Position numbers and translations under genes: made by a program. A stretch of 64,000 nt of DNA from Nemertoderma westbladi (Eukaryota; Animalia; Xenacoelomorpha). Numbering within the stretch: position 1 is the stretch's first letter; every line of letters starts with the position of its first letter. Shown one piece after another: positions 44,575-57,049 of the stretch. A model generated the notes under the pieces. It was given only the letters and a program-made list of their open reading frames with translations. It did not search any database and was not told where the DNA came from. The stretch covers positions 62,001-126,000 of the forward strand of contig JAUCBJ010002429.1 in NCBI GenBank assembly GCA_032718475.1, in the 5' to 3' direction.

Positions 44575-45728
44575 TGTAAAAGCTTTTGCGTAATTAACCG
44601 GTTATTTTCCCTTAAAGTACTCTGTAGTTGGTTTACCAGGCATAAAAAGGCCGTGTCCTTACTGTACTGGTGTTTTAGAGGACATAAAAGTCATTTCTTC
44701 TGTATTTGTACTTTAGAGGACATAATCCGCAATCTCGTGACGCGATAAGCTAGATACTCTTGAAAACAGTGTCGCTACCATGACGACGGCTAACAGCTGA
44801 TATTGCCACGTCGACATTTCTTTGTTTCTTTGTTCTCTCGTTGTTCGGTTGACCAATCAGAGCGTTTTTTGACTCTGTGTTGGAGTTGGATACAGAAACT
44901 CAGTAGTTCAGTGTTATTTTTTTGCCCAGAGCCTAAGAACATCGGCTTTTGGCACCTCCGTGTTTCAGTCTTTAGTTTAACATTAGTAGGCTTAATTATA
45001 GAACGTATATCTGTTAACAAATCATACCAAACTTATCTTACTCAACAAACCTAATCATACCTTAACTTTACTGCTTTTACTGTCGGTTATTCATTATATT
45101 GGTTGATGAAATATTATATCGGAATACTGATCAATAGTCAGATACCCCACCTTCTTGATATACTAAAGGTTAGAGAGACCGGTTACAGATAAATGATTGC
45201 GACCTATGTTAAGTGGTTTGAAGTGAATCTAATGCTATTTCATATGCCCGACATAAATTGTATGTTGCTCTCTTTATACGTGACCAAATTTAGTGAAGGT
45301 CGGCAGATTAGTGTGCAGTATTGTGCAGCATTGTGTATGATTGTAACTGATAACAAAGCATCTCCTAAAGAATGCGCCATATACGTGAATCTATAGCCTT
45401 TTCGTTGTGTCTAGTTTAAGTCATAACTCTGTTTACATATTTAGAGCGCCACGTCCTAAAGGAACTGTTAATATTTCCCGAAAGTGAATAATATTTGTCA
45501 GAGATTATATATTACGATCAGTCGAATAATACGGTAGGCTTACACCATCAATCATTAAGCTTCCGAATTCAGTCTCCCGGGTATATCCAGCGGGTGAATG
45601 ATTGCGCATAGACTGGCTTCGGCTAATGTAGTGTATCAAATACTCGTCATAAGCTAAAGAATATATATCATCTAAAAGACATCCTAATTTGGCAGGTTAA
45701 ACTGTCAAAGGTCTTAAAAGCGCAAACA
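44575..45728 (+). repeat. 3' LTR of element A (TGT...ACA, 1154 bp)
   Basis: Follows the purine tract; repeats 13329-14468. Confidence 0.95.
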
Positions 45729-46028
45729 AACGGGCATATTTTATTATTTTTATATTTCCAAAATCGTTTTGGTATTATATTCGCCATAGAGGTTAATAAT
45801 TTAAGGATTTTTGATAATTAAAATTATATGGGGTCTTCTGTAGTTATTCTACTGTATTTGACAAAGTCATGTTTTATGGTCATAGCAACGGGAGTTTTCC
45901 TCCTAATACGGGAATAACTCTTGGGTTTCCCAAATTTTTTTAAATTGCGCAGTTCAGTCAAATTTTAAAATATGGGACGTATACCAAATCACTAAAATAT
46001 ATTTGAATTTACTTTATGTCGACTTTAT

Positions 46029-46981
46029 TTTATACAGTACATAAAAGGTGAGTTTTACAGTGGCAATCAACTATGTTTATGTTTTTTCCATAGCAACGGT
46101 AAGTTTATCCTTAGCAACGGCGACGATTGTATAGTAATGACGAGTTTACCTTAGCAACGGATTGTTTTTATATGGTAAAAACTTCAAGATATCACTACCA
46201 TAAGATCATCTGATAGAGATTTAGATGTATCTGCATTACAAGGAAATCGTGAAGAGGCAGACACTCGTATAATATTGCACTGCCTGAACATTGATGCAGA
46301 TTCTATAGTGGTATCGTCTAGAGATACAGATGTTCTTGTGTTACTCATAGCCCACTACAGTGAAATGAAATGTGCCCAGGTATGGCTGAAGTCAGGGACT
46401 TCAAAGAAACCACGTTATATTCCAGTGCACAAAATTCATGAAAGATTATCTAGTGATATCATAATCACATTGCTGGCGTTCCACATATCACAGGATGTGA
46501 TAGTGTATCACAACTGTTAGGACATAGCAATAAGACAGCTTGGAAAGTTTTTCTGGAAACCATCATCTGCTACAAAATATTGGAATCTCATGCACAGATG
46601 CCTGAAAATGCATTGTTTCATCAATACCTTGCGAAAACATAGCATAGCATAGCGTAAGCAGTATAAATAAAATTGCAAAAAATCTAGCTGTAATAGTTGG
46701 GGGGGGGGGGGGGGGGGGTTACAATATGCCTCATCTGTGATAAACTTACTGTTACTATGCACTAAACTCATTGTTGCTTTAGAAAACTCGTCACAAGGTG
46801 GTGTTACTGTACTGCTTGGGATTCCTTGAAAACTAGTTGTTACAATGTAAAAACAATCCGTTGCTAAGGTAAACTCGTCATTACTATACAATGTTGCTAA
46901 GGATAAACTTACCGTTGCTATGGAATAAACAAACATAGTTGTTTGCCACTGTAAAACTCACCTTTTATGTACTGTATAAAA
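46029..46981 (+). mobile_element. Academ-like DNA transposon remnant: XPG/FEN1-type nuclease fragment between inverted repeats
   Basis: ~46200-46600 encodes NREEADTRIILH...VVSSRDTDVLVLL...LAFH..GCDSVS...KTAWK. 46029-46170 is an inverted copy of 46848-46981, with repeated TAGCAACGG motifs. Confidence 0.65.
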
Positions 46982-47768
46982 TATGTCTTTGTTGTGAAAA
47001 GACCGCTGTTACAATGAAAACACGTCGTTTCTAAGCTAAAGTAGCCGATGCTATGCAAAAATTATCATTGTTATTCAAAACATTCGGTAAATAATTGTCT
47101 TGGGTTATGAACATGTAAGGTAATTGACCCTAAATGGATTTCTTTTTAAACTGATAGTAACTATATGTAAAGTGATGAAACACTACACAAGGTTATTTTT
47201 TGCTAGTTTCCTTGCTAGTTGCTAGTTGGATAAATGTATTTGTTACTATAATAATTCCATGTTCTAGAACCGTTTATTTGTAGCAGTCCAGTTTTAAAAT
47301 AATACAGTCTGCATTTTGATTTATGGTCATTCTTATGGTATTACTACCGTCGTATGTGTACACCAAACGTTGGAAAACACTGCCGGTGTTTCACTGTGGA
47401 ACATAAACTTTTCTTTTAACACAAGCTACAATATCTATTACTGGCAGGTAGTGTTTTTAATTTCACCGGTAGCTAAAATTTTCAAAATAACATTTAAACC
47501 AATTCTTATAATTTTTAAGCGTTTTTCCTCACTTCTATATGGTGGCCCTTAGTGGCCAGTTTTGACATCTTTTTTTGCTTCCAAAAAAATAGATTAGGCC
47601 TACCAAAAAACAAACTTTTGTTTTCCCGTGTTTTGTAAAGTCGTTCGAACGAGTTTGCAATAGTTGGGGTAACAACAAAAAAGATGCTTCATACTTATCC
47701 ATTCATCATTATACAATATCCAAGCCTTCAAGATGTTGTTTGTTTTGTTTTGAATGTATTACACATAG

Positions 47769-48046
47769 GTTCCACCTTGGTGTAGTGGTTGCATTGAATT
47801 CACATCTCCTGTAGGTCGTGGGTTCGATCCTCACATGGGCCAGGGCAGTTTTCGTTTCGGCACGAATGCTTTAAAGGGACCAGCCAGGGCGCATCTCTGC
47901 CTTGCATCCTTAAGTGGTAGCTAAATGAGTACTAGAGTTTCCTCTGGGGAGTAAAGTTCTGGGGGGACCGCACTGGAAATAAGTCGTCAGACTTTGTGTG
48001 TAATCCCTGGCCTAGTTGCCGAAGAAAATTTACTTTACTTTACTTT
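47769..48046 (+). mobile_element. tRNA-derived SINE
   Basis: A box TGGTGTAGTGG, B box GGTTCGATCC, central GCCTTGCATCCT...TAAATGAGTAC (resembles a conserved SINE central domain), (TTTAC)n tail. Confidence 0.8.
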
Positions 48047-48496
48047 ATATTGTTATTGCTTAATATCCTTTTTATTAATTGTTTTTCTAGCTAATAAATA
48101 ATTACTGCATATTTATCACGACTCCGTAATTATTCCCGGATATTTACTGTATATTCAAAAACAATTTAAATATTTTTTAAAATATAATTGATTAATGTTT
48201 CTTATTATCTAGTAAAAAGTAAGTACATTCTATAATACAAATTTAATATTATCATTTGCTTCTTACTAACGTCTTACTGTTAGAAGGACAACTATGTTCT
48301 AAAAAAAACACTGGCATAATAAGGATTTTTGAAATTGTCAAATTTTGGTGTACACATGCAGCAGACATGATAGGGTAGTGATAAAATACTAATCACAACC
48401 CATTGTTTGGTGACATAGTTCAAGATATAGATATCGATCTAACAATATCCATCAATATTCACTAGACTAATTGACACAAAATATCTCGACATCAAG

Positions 48497-49582
48497 GTGA
48501 TCATGACGTCTTTGTTAAGTGGAACCAGTCGTTCTTCTTCAAAGTATTCTTATGCAACGACTGCGGAAGAAATCGAATTGGGCGAGGTTGAGCGGCCGGA
48601 GAAAATACAAGCAGAAAATGTTGAGGGGGACATTACGAACGAACCACCGCAGAACTATTCAGAACAAAGGAACTGGTTGTGCCGAATCCTGACTGCTCCT
48701 GAACATCAGATAAAAGTTTCCTTCGCAATAATCACATCTCTTCTGGCATTTATTATCACTGTGATATTACTTATGGCACTGTTACGACCTGGACCAACCG
48801 TGTCGACCACTATCAGCTCAATAAGGGAAGGTCATGGTGGAACAACATCTACAATCGCCATGACTACAATTGGTACTACCACAACTACAAACATCACTTC
48901 TATATTAGGTCCCACCGCAACTACAAACTCGAAGACTATCATTACTTCAACCACCATCTCCAATAAAGAAGAATTTTATCACTCGTTTATCGCATGTTAT
49001 AGAATTGCGTCACTATGCGATCTCTACGCTCATTCTGATATATGCCATAACGCTACACAATCCTGGACCCAATATACCGTCGATTACCGTCATCCCATTG
49101 GTTTTCTATATACCTCCAACAATCAATCCAGATGCGACGGAGGTTGGATTATCTTCTATAGACAAATCGATAACGACATTGACTTATGGTATAGGCCAAA
49201 AGGTAGTCATGATGAATACTGGGACTGGGGATTCGGAGATCCCAACGGATCGTACTTCCTAGGCTTGTATAATATCTATCTGCTGACTAACGGGAAGGAT
49301 TGTTACGTAAAGGTCGACTTGGGTAACTCGACGAAAAACTACCGTAACTTTACGGTAGATTGGCAGGCTTATGATTATGTGCTAAAGATTTCTAGTTATA
49401 CCCATTCAGGTCCTGCTGGGACCGCTGCTACCGGTGTATTGGATAATGAAATATACGATCTGACTGGCCTGGATAACAAGAAGTTTGACACCAGTATTGG
49501 ATGGTGGACTGGTGGAACTCATCCAAAGCATTGGGTACCGCGGAAGAACACATTAGAGATGAAACTTAAATGTAAGCCGTAA
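48497..49582 (+). CDS. Type II membrane fibrinogen-related domain protein (FIBCD1/FREP-like), intronless
   Basis: N-terminal tail; hydrophobic TM FAIITSLLAFIITVILLMALL; Thr-rich stalk; FReD motifs DGGWIIFYRQ, GFGDPNGSYFLGL.NIYLLT, YVLKISSY, GWW. AATAAA at ~49614. First ATG at 48503. Confidence 0.85.
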   Translation: MIMTSLLSGTSRSSSKYSYATTAEEIELGEVERPEKIQAENVEGDITNEPPQNYSEQRNWLCRILTAPEHQIKVSFAIITSLLAFIITVILLMALLRPGPTVSTTISSIREGHGGTTSTIAMTTIGTTTTTNITSILGPTATTNSKTIITSTTISNKEEFYHSFIACYRIASLCDLYAHSDICHNATQSWTQYTVDYRHPIGFLYTSNNQSRCDGGWIIFYRQIDNDIDLWYRPKGSHDEYWDWGFGDPNGSYFLGLYNIYLLTNGKDCYVKVDLGNSTKNYRNFTVDWQAYDYVLKISSYTHSGPAGTAATGVLDNEIYDLTGLDNKKFDTSIGWWTGGTHPKHWVPRKNTLEMKLKCKP

Positions 49583-50204
49583 CGAACCTAAGAGTTCAAG
49601 TTCAAGTTCCAGAAATAAACAAACTGCACCGTAGCCCGTACAGCCGTAGCAATAGGTTACTTATTGTGTTTGTGTAACAAAAACAAACCAATATAATATT
49701 CCACAAATAGTAAGCAACAATAATAGAAACAGAAATAGTTCGACCAACATGTTTTATTAATAATAGGCCTATCCTCTGAGTTACAATAAACAAATGAACG
49801 GCACAGCCGTAGCTCGTGTGCCCTCTGTTGGGAACGTCGGTTACAGGAACCGCGGTATGAATCCCATAAAGGATAGATGGAACCCGTAGACCCAACAGGT
49901 GACGTAGATTGTAACAGCGGTCTTTTCACAACAAACTATTTGTTATTATTAACAAGCTATTTGTTTGCTTTATTATAACACAAGTTGCTTGGTAACTGCT
50001 CAATAGAACAATTTCCTATTGTTAATGATATACAGTTAGCTAGCTACTTTTTATAGACAAATCACTACAACCACTTTAATATTATGTAGTATATTATCGT
50101 ATTATATTGTATTAGCAAGGTGACTTTATTGAACGTTCAGTGCTGTTTAGAAAATAAATTGAAGGTACTTTAAAAGATATCCTAACAATAACAATCATAT
50201 TGCT

Positions 50205-51842
50205 CTATCAGAATCTCTTACAAACTTTGTAAAATGGTGTTATACATGGCAAATGACAATCGCTATCGAAAAATGTACAGTATTAAATATTGGAACTAAG
50301 AATTTTGAACGCGTTGACTACAATATTGATTCCACCATATTGACACGAGTTGATCATTGCCGCGACCTGGGTGTAATTATTGACTCATCATTGTCATTTC
50401 AAAACCACATTAATGCTATTTGTAAAAAGGCATACTATGTTATTAGCGTGATTTTTAAAATGTTCTGTACCAATAACCGCCAAGCACTATTGAGAGCCTA
50501 TACGACCTTTGCGAGACCTCTTGTGGAATATGCTACTACTGTTTGGAATCCGTTCCTATCAACTACTTGTAAAGAGGGTTATCTCGGTTCCATCGATAAA
50601 CTCGAAAAAGTTCAAAGATTGTTTACACGAAGGTTGTTTTATCGATGTTCGCTTGATCCAAAGACACCATACTTTGAACGACTTCGTATTCTATGTCTCG
50701 AATCACTCGAACTGCGCCGTCTCCGACTTGATCTAACTATGACCTTCAAAATAATTCGTGAAGATCTTGGTCTGGTGGATGTCCCTAACTTAATCAACCG
50801 CTTTAACATTAGTAACAATTGTAGAACACGTGGACATAAGTACAAGTTATTTAAACCAAATGTGGCATCATGCTTAATACAAAATAGCTTTTTCTTTAGA
50901 GTAATCAACCCTTGGAACGGATTACCGGCCAATGTAGTTGAGGCTACATCACTAGGTTCCTTTAAAACTCTATTACGTGATGTTGATTTGACCTCATACT
51001 TGAAAGCATTCCGTAATCTACCATAATAATAGTCCAAAAGAACATAAACTTTTATATTTTTATTTCAATATTTCATTACTTTAAATACATTATTTCTACA
51101 TTATTTTAATTCAATAAACCTACATTACATAATATACTTATTTTATTAAACATTGCTTATTTTAAGAATAAAACTACTAACTTGAAACATTTTATTTTAT
51201 TAATTTTTAAGTATTTTAATATTTTAATGTGTTGTTTGTTGCTATTTTAAGATCACTATCGTACAGACTTATTTTAATTTATTTTATGTATTTTAAAAAT
51301 AATTCACTACATACTTATTTTATATTGTATATCGCATATTCTAACATACGTCCATTATTTTAAATACATTATTTTAATTCAATAAACCTACATTACATAA
51401 TATCCTTATTTTATTAAACACGGCTTATTTTAAGAATAAAACTACTAACTTTAACTTAAAATAATTAAATCTTAAATCATTTTATTTTATTAAATTTTAA
51501 GTATTTTAATGTGCTGTTTGTTTCTATTTTAAGATCACTATCCTACAGACTTATTTTAATTTATTTTATGTATTTTAAAAAAAATATCTTACATACTTAT
51601 TTTATATTGTATATCGCATACACCAACATACTTACCAATAGTAATAAATTTGTTTTTATATCGGTGTATTGTATAGTATACTATATGTATATTAATATTT
51701 GATTATTTAGATACGGCCTCTATCAGTCACTCAGTGAATGTTTAAAAAAATGATTGATCTTGTTTTATTGTGTTGTGCATGTTGGTGCGTTTTTACTTAT
51801 AGAAGTAAATAAAAACTTTCCATTTCCATTTCCATTTCCATC
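50205..51842 (+). mobile_element. 5'-truncated CR1-clade LINE with AT-rich 3' UTR
   Basis: ORF 50253-51026: KCTVL, DLGVIIDSSLSF, RPLVEYA..VWNP, LEKVQR.FTR, RTRGH.YKL, RVINPWNGLP. Internal UTR duplication; AATAAA then (TTTCCA)n tail at ~51817-51842. Confidence 0.9.
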
Positions 51843-52356
51843 CTAATCTTTTGTGATTGCTTTACAATTTTACAATATGGGTTGTGGGTGTGTTAGGTAC
51901 TACTGTAGTGTGTTTTGTGAAATTTTTTTATAGCTAGTTTTTTTTTTATTTAATACTGTAAAGCTATATAAAAAGATAATTGATAACTAATCGTATAATC
52001 TGCCATGAAAGAATCATGCAATTTGTGATATTGTTGACCGAAGCCCTCACATTGTCGAAAGAAACATTGTTGTCTCCATAATCACCACATATTACGTATA
52101 ATATAATAAATAATCCTAAATATCCTAAAATACAATTATAACTTTCTGCACAAATTACTCACAGTTCTCACAACCGTGAGTCTGTGCCAATATTGAAGAC
52201 TGAGCTCACAATTCCGGGTTGTCTCAAACTATAATTACTACATTATCATTAAGCTGAATAGCACTGCTGATATACTGTATTTATCGCCTGACTTTGTGTT
52301 ACATCAAATTGTACTGTATCTCATAAATTGTACTGAACACCGGAATTGTTTGCTTG

Positions 52357-52362
<6 letters not shown>

Positions 52363-52388
<26 letters not shown>

Positions 52389-53041
52389 TACACCATTTTC
52401 GGACAACTCTTCGATTTATCACGCTCAGCGTTTCAAAATTGTTTGGTTTTGGCTAAAATTTGTCATATAGGTGCCTAAGATGCTATTCCACATGACAGGT
52501 CAGAAAAGTATTTTTTTCGCTATTTAATATTAGTTAATACTAGTTAACAATAAAAAAAAACTTGGTTGCGCTTAAAACCCTAAGGCTTTTACAGTTTTGA
52601 ATCTAATCACATGAAAGTTTTTTATATGATAGATCAAAGATGGGGCAACATAACTATCAGGCGAAATTTTGTGAAAAAAAATTCTGCACCGCTAGGTGGC
52701 GCTGCAAATTTATGCTAATTTTTAGGTTTGTTATAAATAGTATTTAAATTTTATTAACAAAAAATTTCGAAAAGTTGTCTAATACTTTTATGCAGGGTGG
52801 CTATCTAGACACCCACTTTTTTGAAGTTGACAATTTCATAAAAAAATATTTGGAGATAATCGACCTTTCATTATACATAGTAAAAGTAATTTCAATAGGA
52901 ATCCCTAAATGGAAATTTATATAACTTGAGAACTAGAAGAGCTATTAAATAGCGGTTTTCAGATTTTGAAACATCATTCAATGGTTCAATAGACGATAAA
53001 AGAAAAATCGACATACTTTGGACCAAAATGGTGTACCCCCC
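52363..53041. mobile_element. Kolobok-like MITE
   Basis: TIRs GGGGTACACCATTTT / AAAATGGTGTACCCC with TTAA at the right end. Shares GCGGTTTTCAGATTT with the 12.3-13.2 kb MITE in inverted orientation. Confidence 0.75.
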
Positions 53042-53159
53042 TTAACTAATTATTATTGAAACAATAATGGCGATAAATAAATGACATAAATTGCACATAC
53101 ATAATAAAAACGGGTATTGCCAATGAAGCTTACTCAAATTCCGATTACAATTTATGACA

Positions 53160-54841
53160 CTAACATCAAAATGGTCGTCATCCGGAATTTCCCAAAAGTC
53201 AGGCCAAGGCCTATGACTGGGATGATGACGCCCTAGTACATAATCATAATATTCCCCGTTTCACCCCAGACTACCCAGGCGTACAGATGTTGATAGGCCA
53301 AAATGTACCCGAGGCCTGAGAAATTCTGGAGAAACGACCCAGACATACAGCACCAATGTCAGCCTACGCCTGTCGGACGAGAGTGGGATGGTTCTGTACC
53401 GGGCCTTCCCGGAAAACTCTATTAGAACGAAAAGGGCCGACAAGTACAGACGCCAACACTTGCAATTTAGTGACCCACCTTTGCAATGAGATCATAGAGA
53501 CAGAAGAGGACGTCTTGACTACCCCTGACCAAACCGACAGCGATAGTGACGCACCCCTGTCCTCAGACCAAGACTGTTTCCTTACTAGGTACAGTGAACC
53601 CGACATCATGTCCCCAATGACCGACCAAGAATTGCTTAGCATCCAGCTGGAGCTGTGTAATTTACTACACGCACCTCCCACCTGCAGCAAGAACTGAGTG
53701 AGCTCGAGGAAGCCATGCGTCTTTTAAAGTTAGAAGAGCATACCGTCACCTGGATGCAGCAGGATATACTTGAGCAAAACTCCAATGACAAGGCATTATC
53801 AGTGGAAGAGGAGCAAGCAAAGCAGATTCAGAGAACCACCACCAGGTTTTTGCCGGAACAAGGCAAATACGAAGTGGGGCTTCTCTGGCGGTCCCCCCAA
53901 ACCCAAACTCTTCTTTGTAAGCGCCTCACCAATTATTGAGTCGTATCAAACTTTATTGTCCCTACTGCCGTATTAACGACGATCACATCTTCTTCTCCTG
54001 TTTAGTCTTTGCCACCCAGTGCAAGCGTTGCCAACTCAAGGGACACAGTAGTCCAAACTGCCCCTTTGGCCCCAACATCGAGGTAGAAGATGAAACAAGC
54101 ATCACCCAATATACTCGATCGTGGGAAGGATGCGCAGATCTCAACGCGACCACCACGTCCCGATATGCCGCAGCAAAAGCTTACCTCAGTGTATACGCAG
54201 TTGTCCCCTTCACCTGCACAATGAATGTTCGGCGTGCTTGGCTACCGAGTTACGAGCTCCTCAACCGTGTAGCTTCCTGCACAAACACCCGCTTCGTCCG
54301 ACGCTTCCTTCGCGAGATACACCCTGAGCGTGCGACGTCCTATGATATAATAAAGTTTGTTAGTGACTCCACATTTTATGGTCCACAGTTCCCGGAAGGA
54401 CATCCCAAGCTGCTCCCATAGCATCGAGTTTTTAGCGAATACGCTCAATGTGAAATACCAGTTCTCCACACTGTGCCTCCGAGAATTTTCCTCAGCAAGC
54501 AACCCCTGTTTGGTGTCGTTACCCAAACCGTCCCCTCCGGACCAGTGCAAGCTGCTGTGTGGAAGCGCTTAGCTGCTCCTCCGGGATTAGAGATCCATCG
54601 ACCGGCTGTCAACTCGGGCGTAACGAGACAGGTTGAGTTCCTGTCCTTGCCCAGTACCTCCACCGGGACATACACCGACCATCCGACTTCACCGACACCA
54701 GATGCGGTAGATATACACCCGGGTCCCAATGAGACGCTTGCAAGTGACGACATGACGTTACCCGCGCCCCAAACGCCTGCGAAGACGAGGAAACGACTCT
54801 TTATGCGAAGTACACCCAAGCATCCTAAGCGAAATCTATGA
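53160..54841 (+). mobile_element. Decayed, internally deleted relative of element A (post-protease pol fused to ORF3 C-terminus)
   Basis: IPRFTPDYPG, YACRTRVGWFCTGPSR, DKALSVEEEQAKQIQRTTTRFL..QGKYEVGL match A pol. CPYCRINDDHIF..C, CKRCQLKGHSSPNCPF, LPSYEL and PSTSTGTYTD match A ORF3. Confidence 0.9.
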
Positions 54842-55377
54842 TATAAGATTACTATCAGTTAGCCTGTCAATCTTTATAAAATCACTACTCGTTCGTCAAC
54901 CGTTAAGTACATTATAAAACTATAATATTTGTAAATAATAAACAATATGTACTTCCCATTATAAGAGTGAAACTTGATATATTAGTCAAATTTATGTATT
55001 TTTATATTTGAAGGATAATATGACTCAATACTTACCTACTTACGTCGATTAATTTACAGACCTACCATATTTGTAAATATATCAAACTTTAATATTTGTT
55101 TGAGAGGTCGTTTAATACTTATTTAGTCCTACTGAAAGTGACTCAACGAACTTTATTATTTTATATGAGGAATTTGATCTACCTTAATTAATTTCATTTA
55201 ATTATTTAGTTAGATTGTTTATCGCATTTAATCGTATGTAGTAAGTATCCAATATCGACGTTGCCTTTAACCGTTGAAAGATTGTATATACCCCTTTCCA
55301 TGCAAATTTCCGATAAAACTCCATATTGTGTTATTCATAGAATGATTGTTGAACTTGTACGAAATTTTAGGGAATGG

Positions 55378-56248
55378 TTTTGCTGCACACGCTAACTGCA
55401 TGTCGAAATCTTATATTTTTATCAGAGAATTATTCAACTTCTGTGCACATAATATTCACCTCAAATCCGTGTTGTATATCACTGTTAAGATTGTTTGTCC
55501 GTTGCCCAGCATCGGTTTCCGTAACTCTAAAGCTCCTATTGGTTGCCATATTTTACGATGTCCTTGCGCCCTATTGGCTGTTTCATTTCTTACAGTGCTA
55601 TAATAATCGATGTTTATCCTGCTATTTTAGGCATAACCTTATAACTTCTTAATCCTGTTACGAGTCATGAAACTAGCACGACCTATGAAATTTCACCTTA
55701 CTGTATCGCATCATAGCTTACTGTACATATTATTGTAACTTGCTGTGTTGCATTATTATCTTATTGCATTGCATCAATAACTTGCTGTGCGTATTAAATC
55801 TTATCGTTATAGTTATTGTGCTTATTGTGCTTTACGTTGTTAGCCTGACTGTGTATATTCTGTTTGTTTGTATATGTATTAGTACAGTATTTTTATGGGC
55901 CAACTGGGCCTGAAATAAAGCCAATAATAATAATAATAATAATAGTTATTATTATTGATGAATATATAATACCAGAGATCACACCAACTTGATTTCCATA
56001 CGGTTAGTGCTGACTGTGCCCTGTCTGTAATATATTCGGTTCATTTAGTGCGAGTGTGTGCGTCCATAGTACTGCAATATTATTCCCCAACTAGTAACTA
56101 TGATCTATTGATACTATGATGCGTGCAGTACGAGTGAACTGTGCGCTTACCACGCACTAGGTCCAACATAGTGTCCTACCTGTAATATATATAAGTCACA
56201 CGTACATTTACCCGCCAACAACACAACATAACGGAACGGTTTACACAT
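55378..56248 (+). repeat. Dispersed repeat, possibly an LTR (copy 1)
   Basis: Homologous to 60022-61103 (TTTTTGCTGCAC...CGGAACGGTTTACAC). Preceded by a purine tract, ends ...ACA; contains a short LINE-like (AAT)n tail insertion at ~55850-55945. Confidence 0.6.
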
Positions 56249-56534
56249 AAATATTACTTTATTAGCTTGAAGCAGTTTATAGTGCCGAAGCTATATACTT
56301 ACAGTGAAAGTGTATTTTTAAACGGTGTGAGGAGACCTGGACACTGACGAAATCACTTGAACAACGAATTGATGGTTGTTACACAAACCTAATAAGTTCA
56401 GACTTCCAGTCTGAAGGTCACCAGTTCGAGCCAATCTGGACAGGGCCCGATTAAGCAATGGTGAGGCCCTAGACCAAAGAAAAATTTGAGGCCCCCAAAA
56501 AGGCACTAGTGTGCCTTGCAAGCAAAGGCACAGT

Positions 56535-56912
56535 ACCGCTGGGTGAGTACAAAACAAAGACCCAATTAAGTAACCTGCATAATCTTGTAACATGTGATAA
56601 CATTCGTTTTTTGTTTTGGTTCCCCCAATACACCTCTGTTACCTGCTCCTTTAAATGGCAATGGATTGGGACTTAAAGCTCTTTAAGACCCTTACTCGTC
56701 ATAAATATTTATAAAGCTCTTTGGGACCTGTACAAAACAAAGAGGTAAAGTCGCGTTATGTCCCATTGCCATTTATAGGAGCAGGATAGTAGGGAGCAGG
56801 TTATAGAGGCGTGTTGACGGAACAAAAATAATAAACGAAAGTTAACACATGTGAATTGTAGAGGTCCTTAGTCTTTAGTCTTTGGCTCTTTGTTTTGTAC
56901 TCACCCCAGTAG
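56535..56912. mobile_element. Foldback MITE-like inverted repeat
   Basis: GGGTGAGTACAAAACAAAGA...CCTGCTCCT.TAAATGGCAATGG is inverted relative to CCATTGCCATTTA.AGGAGCAGG...TCTTTGTTTTGTACTCACCC. Confidence 0.7.
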
Positions 56913-57049
56913 CCTACTGGTAGTGCAGCTCAAATAAATCGCATATTTTTCAACCTTCAATTTTCTTTGAGGAATAATAAATAAATATGCAATTTATATT
57001 TTTTTCTTCACAAATTCTTCTTCACAAAATCACTTCACAGAGAGAGCCG

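Larger units (their letters stand above)
13329..45728 (+). mobile_element. BEL/Pao LTR retrotransposon A, with extra exonuclease ORF; contains nested element B
   Basis: Near-identical direct repeats 13329-14468 and 44575-45728. gag-PR-RT-RH-IN at 30483-38609; ORF3 at 40253-44496; purine tract GGGAGCGG directly before TGT at 44575. Confidence 0.95.

Noticed and set aside
47769-47845. Functional tRNA gene
   Set aside because: A and B boxes are present but no clean cloverleaf, and it continues into a SINE body and simple-repeat tail.
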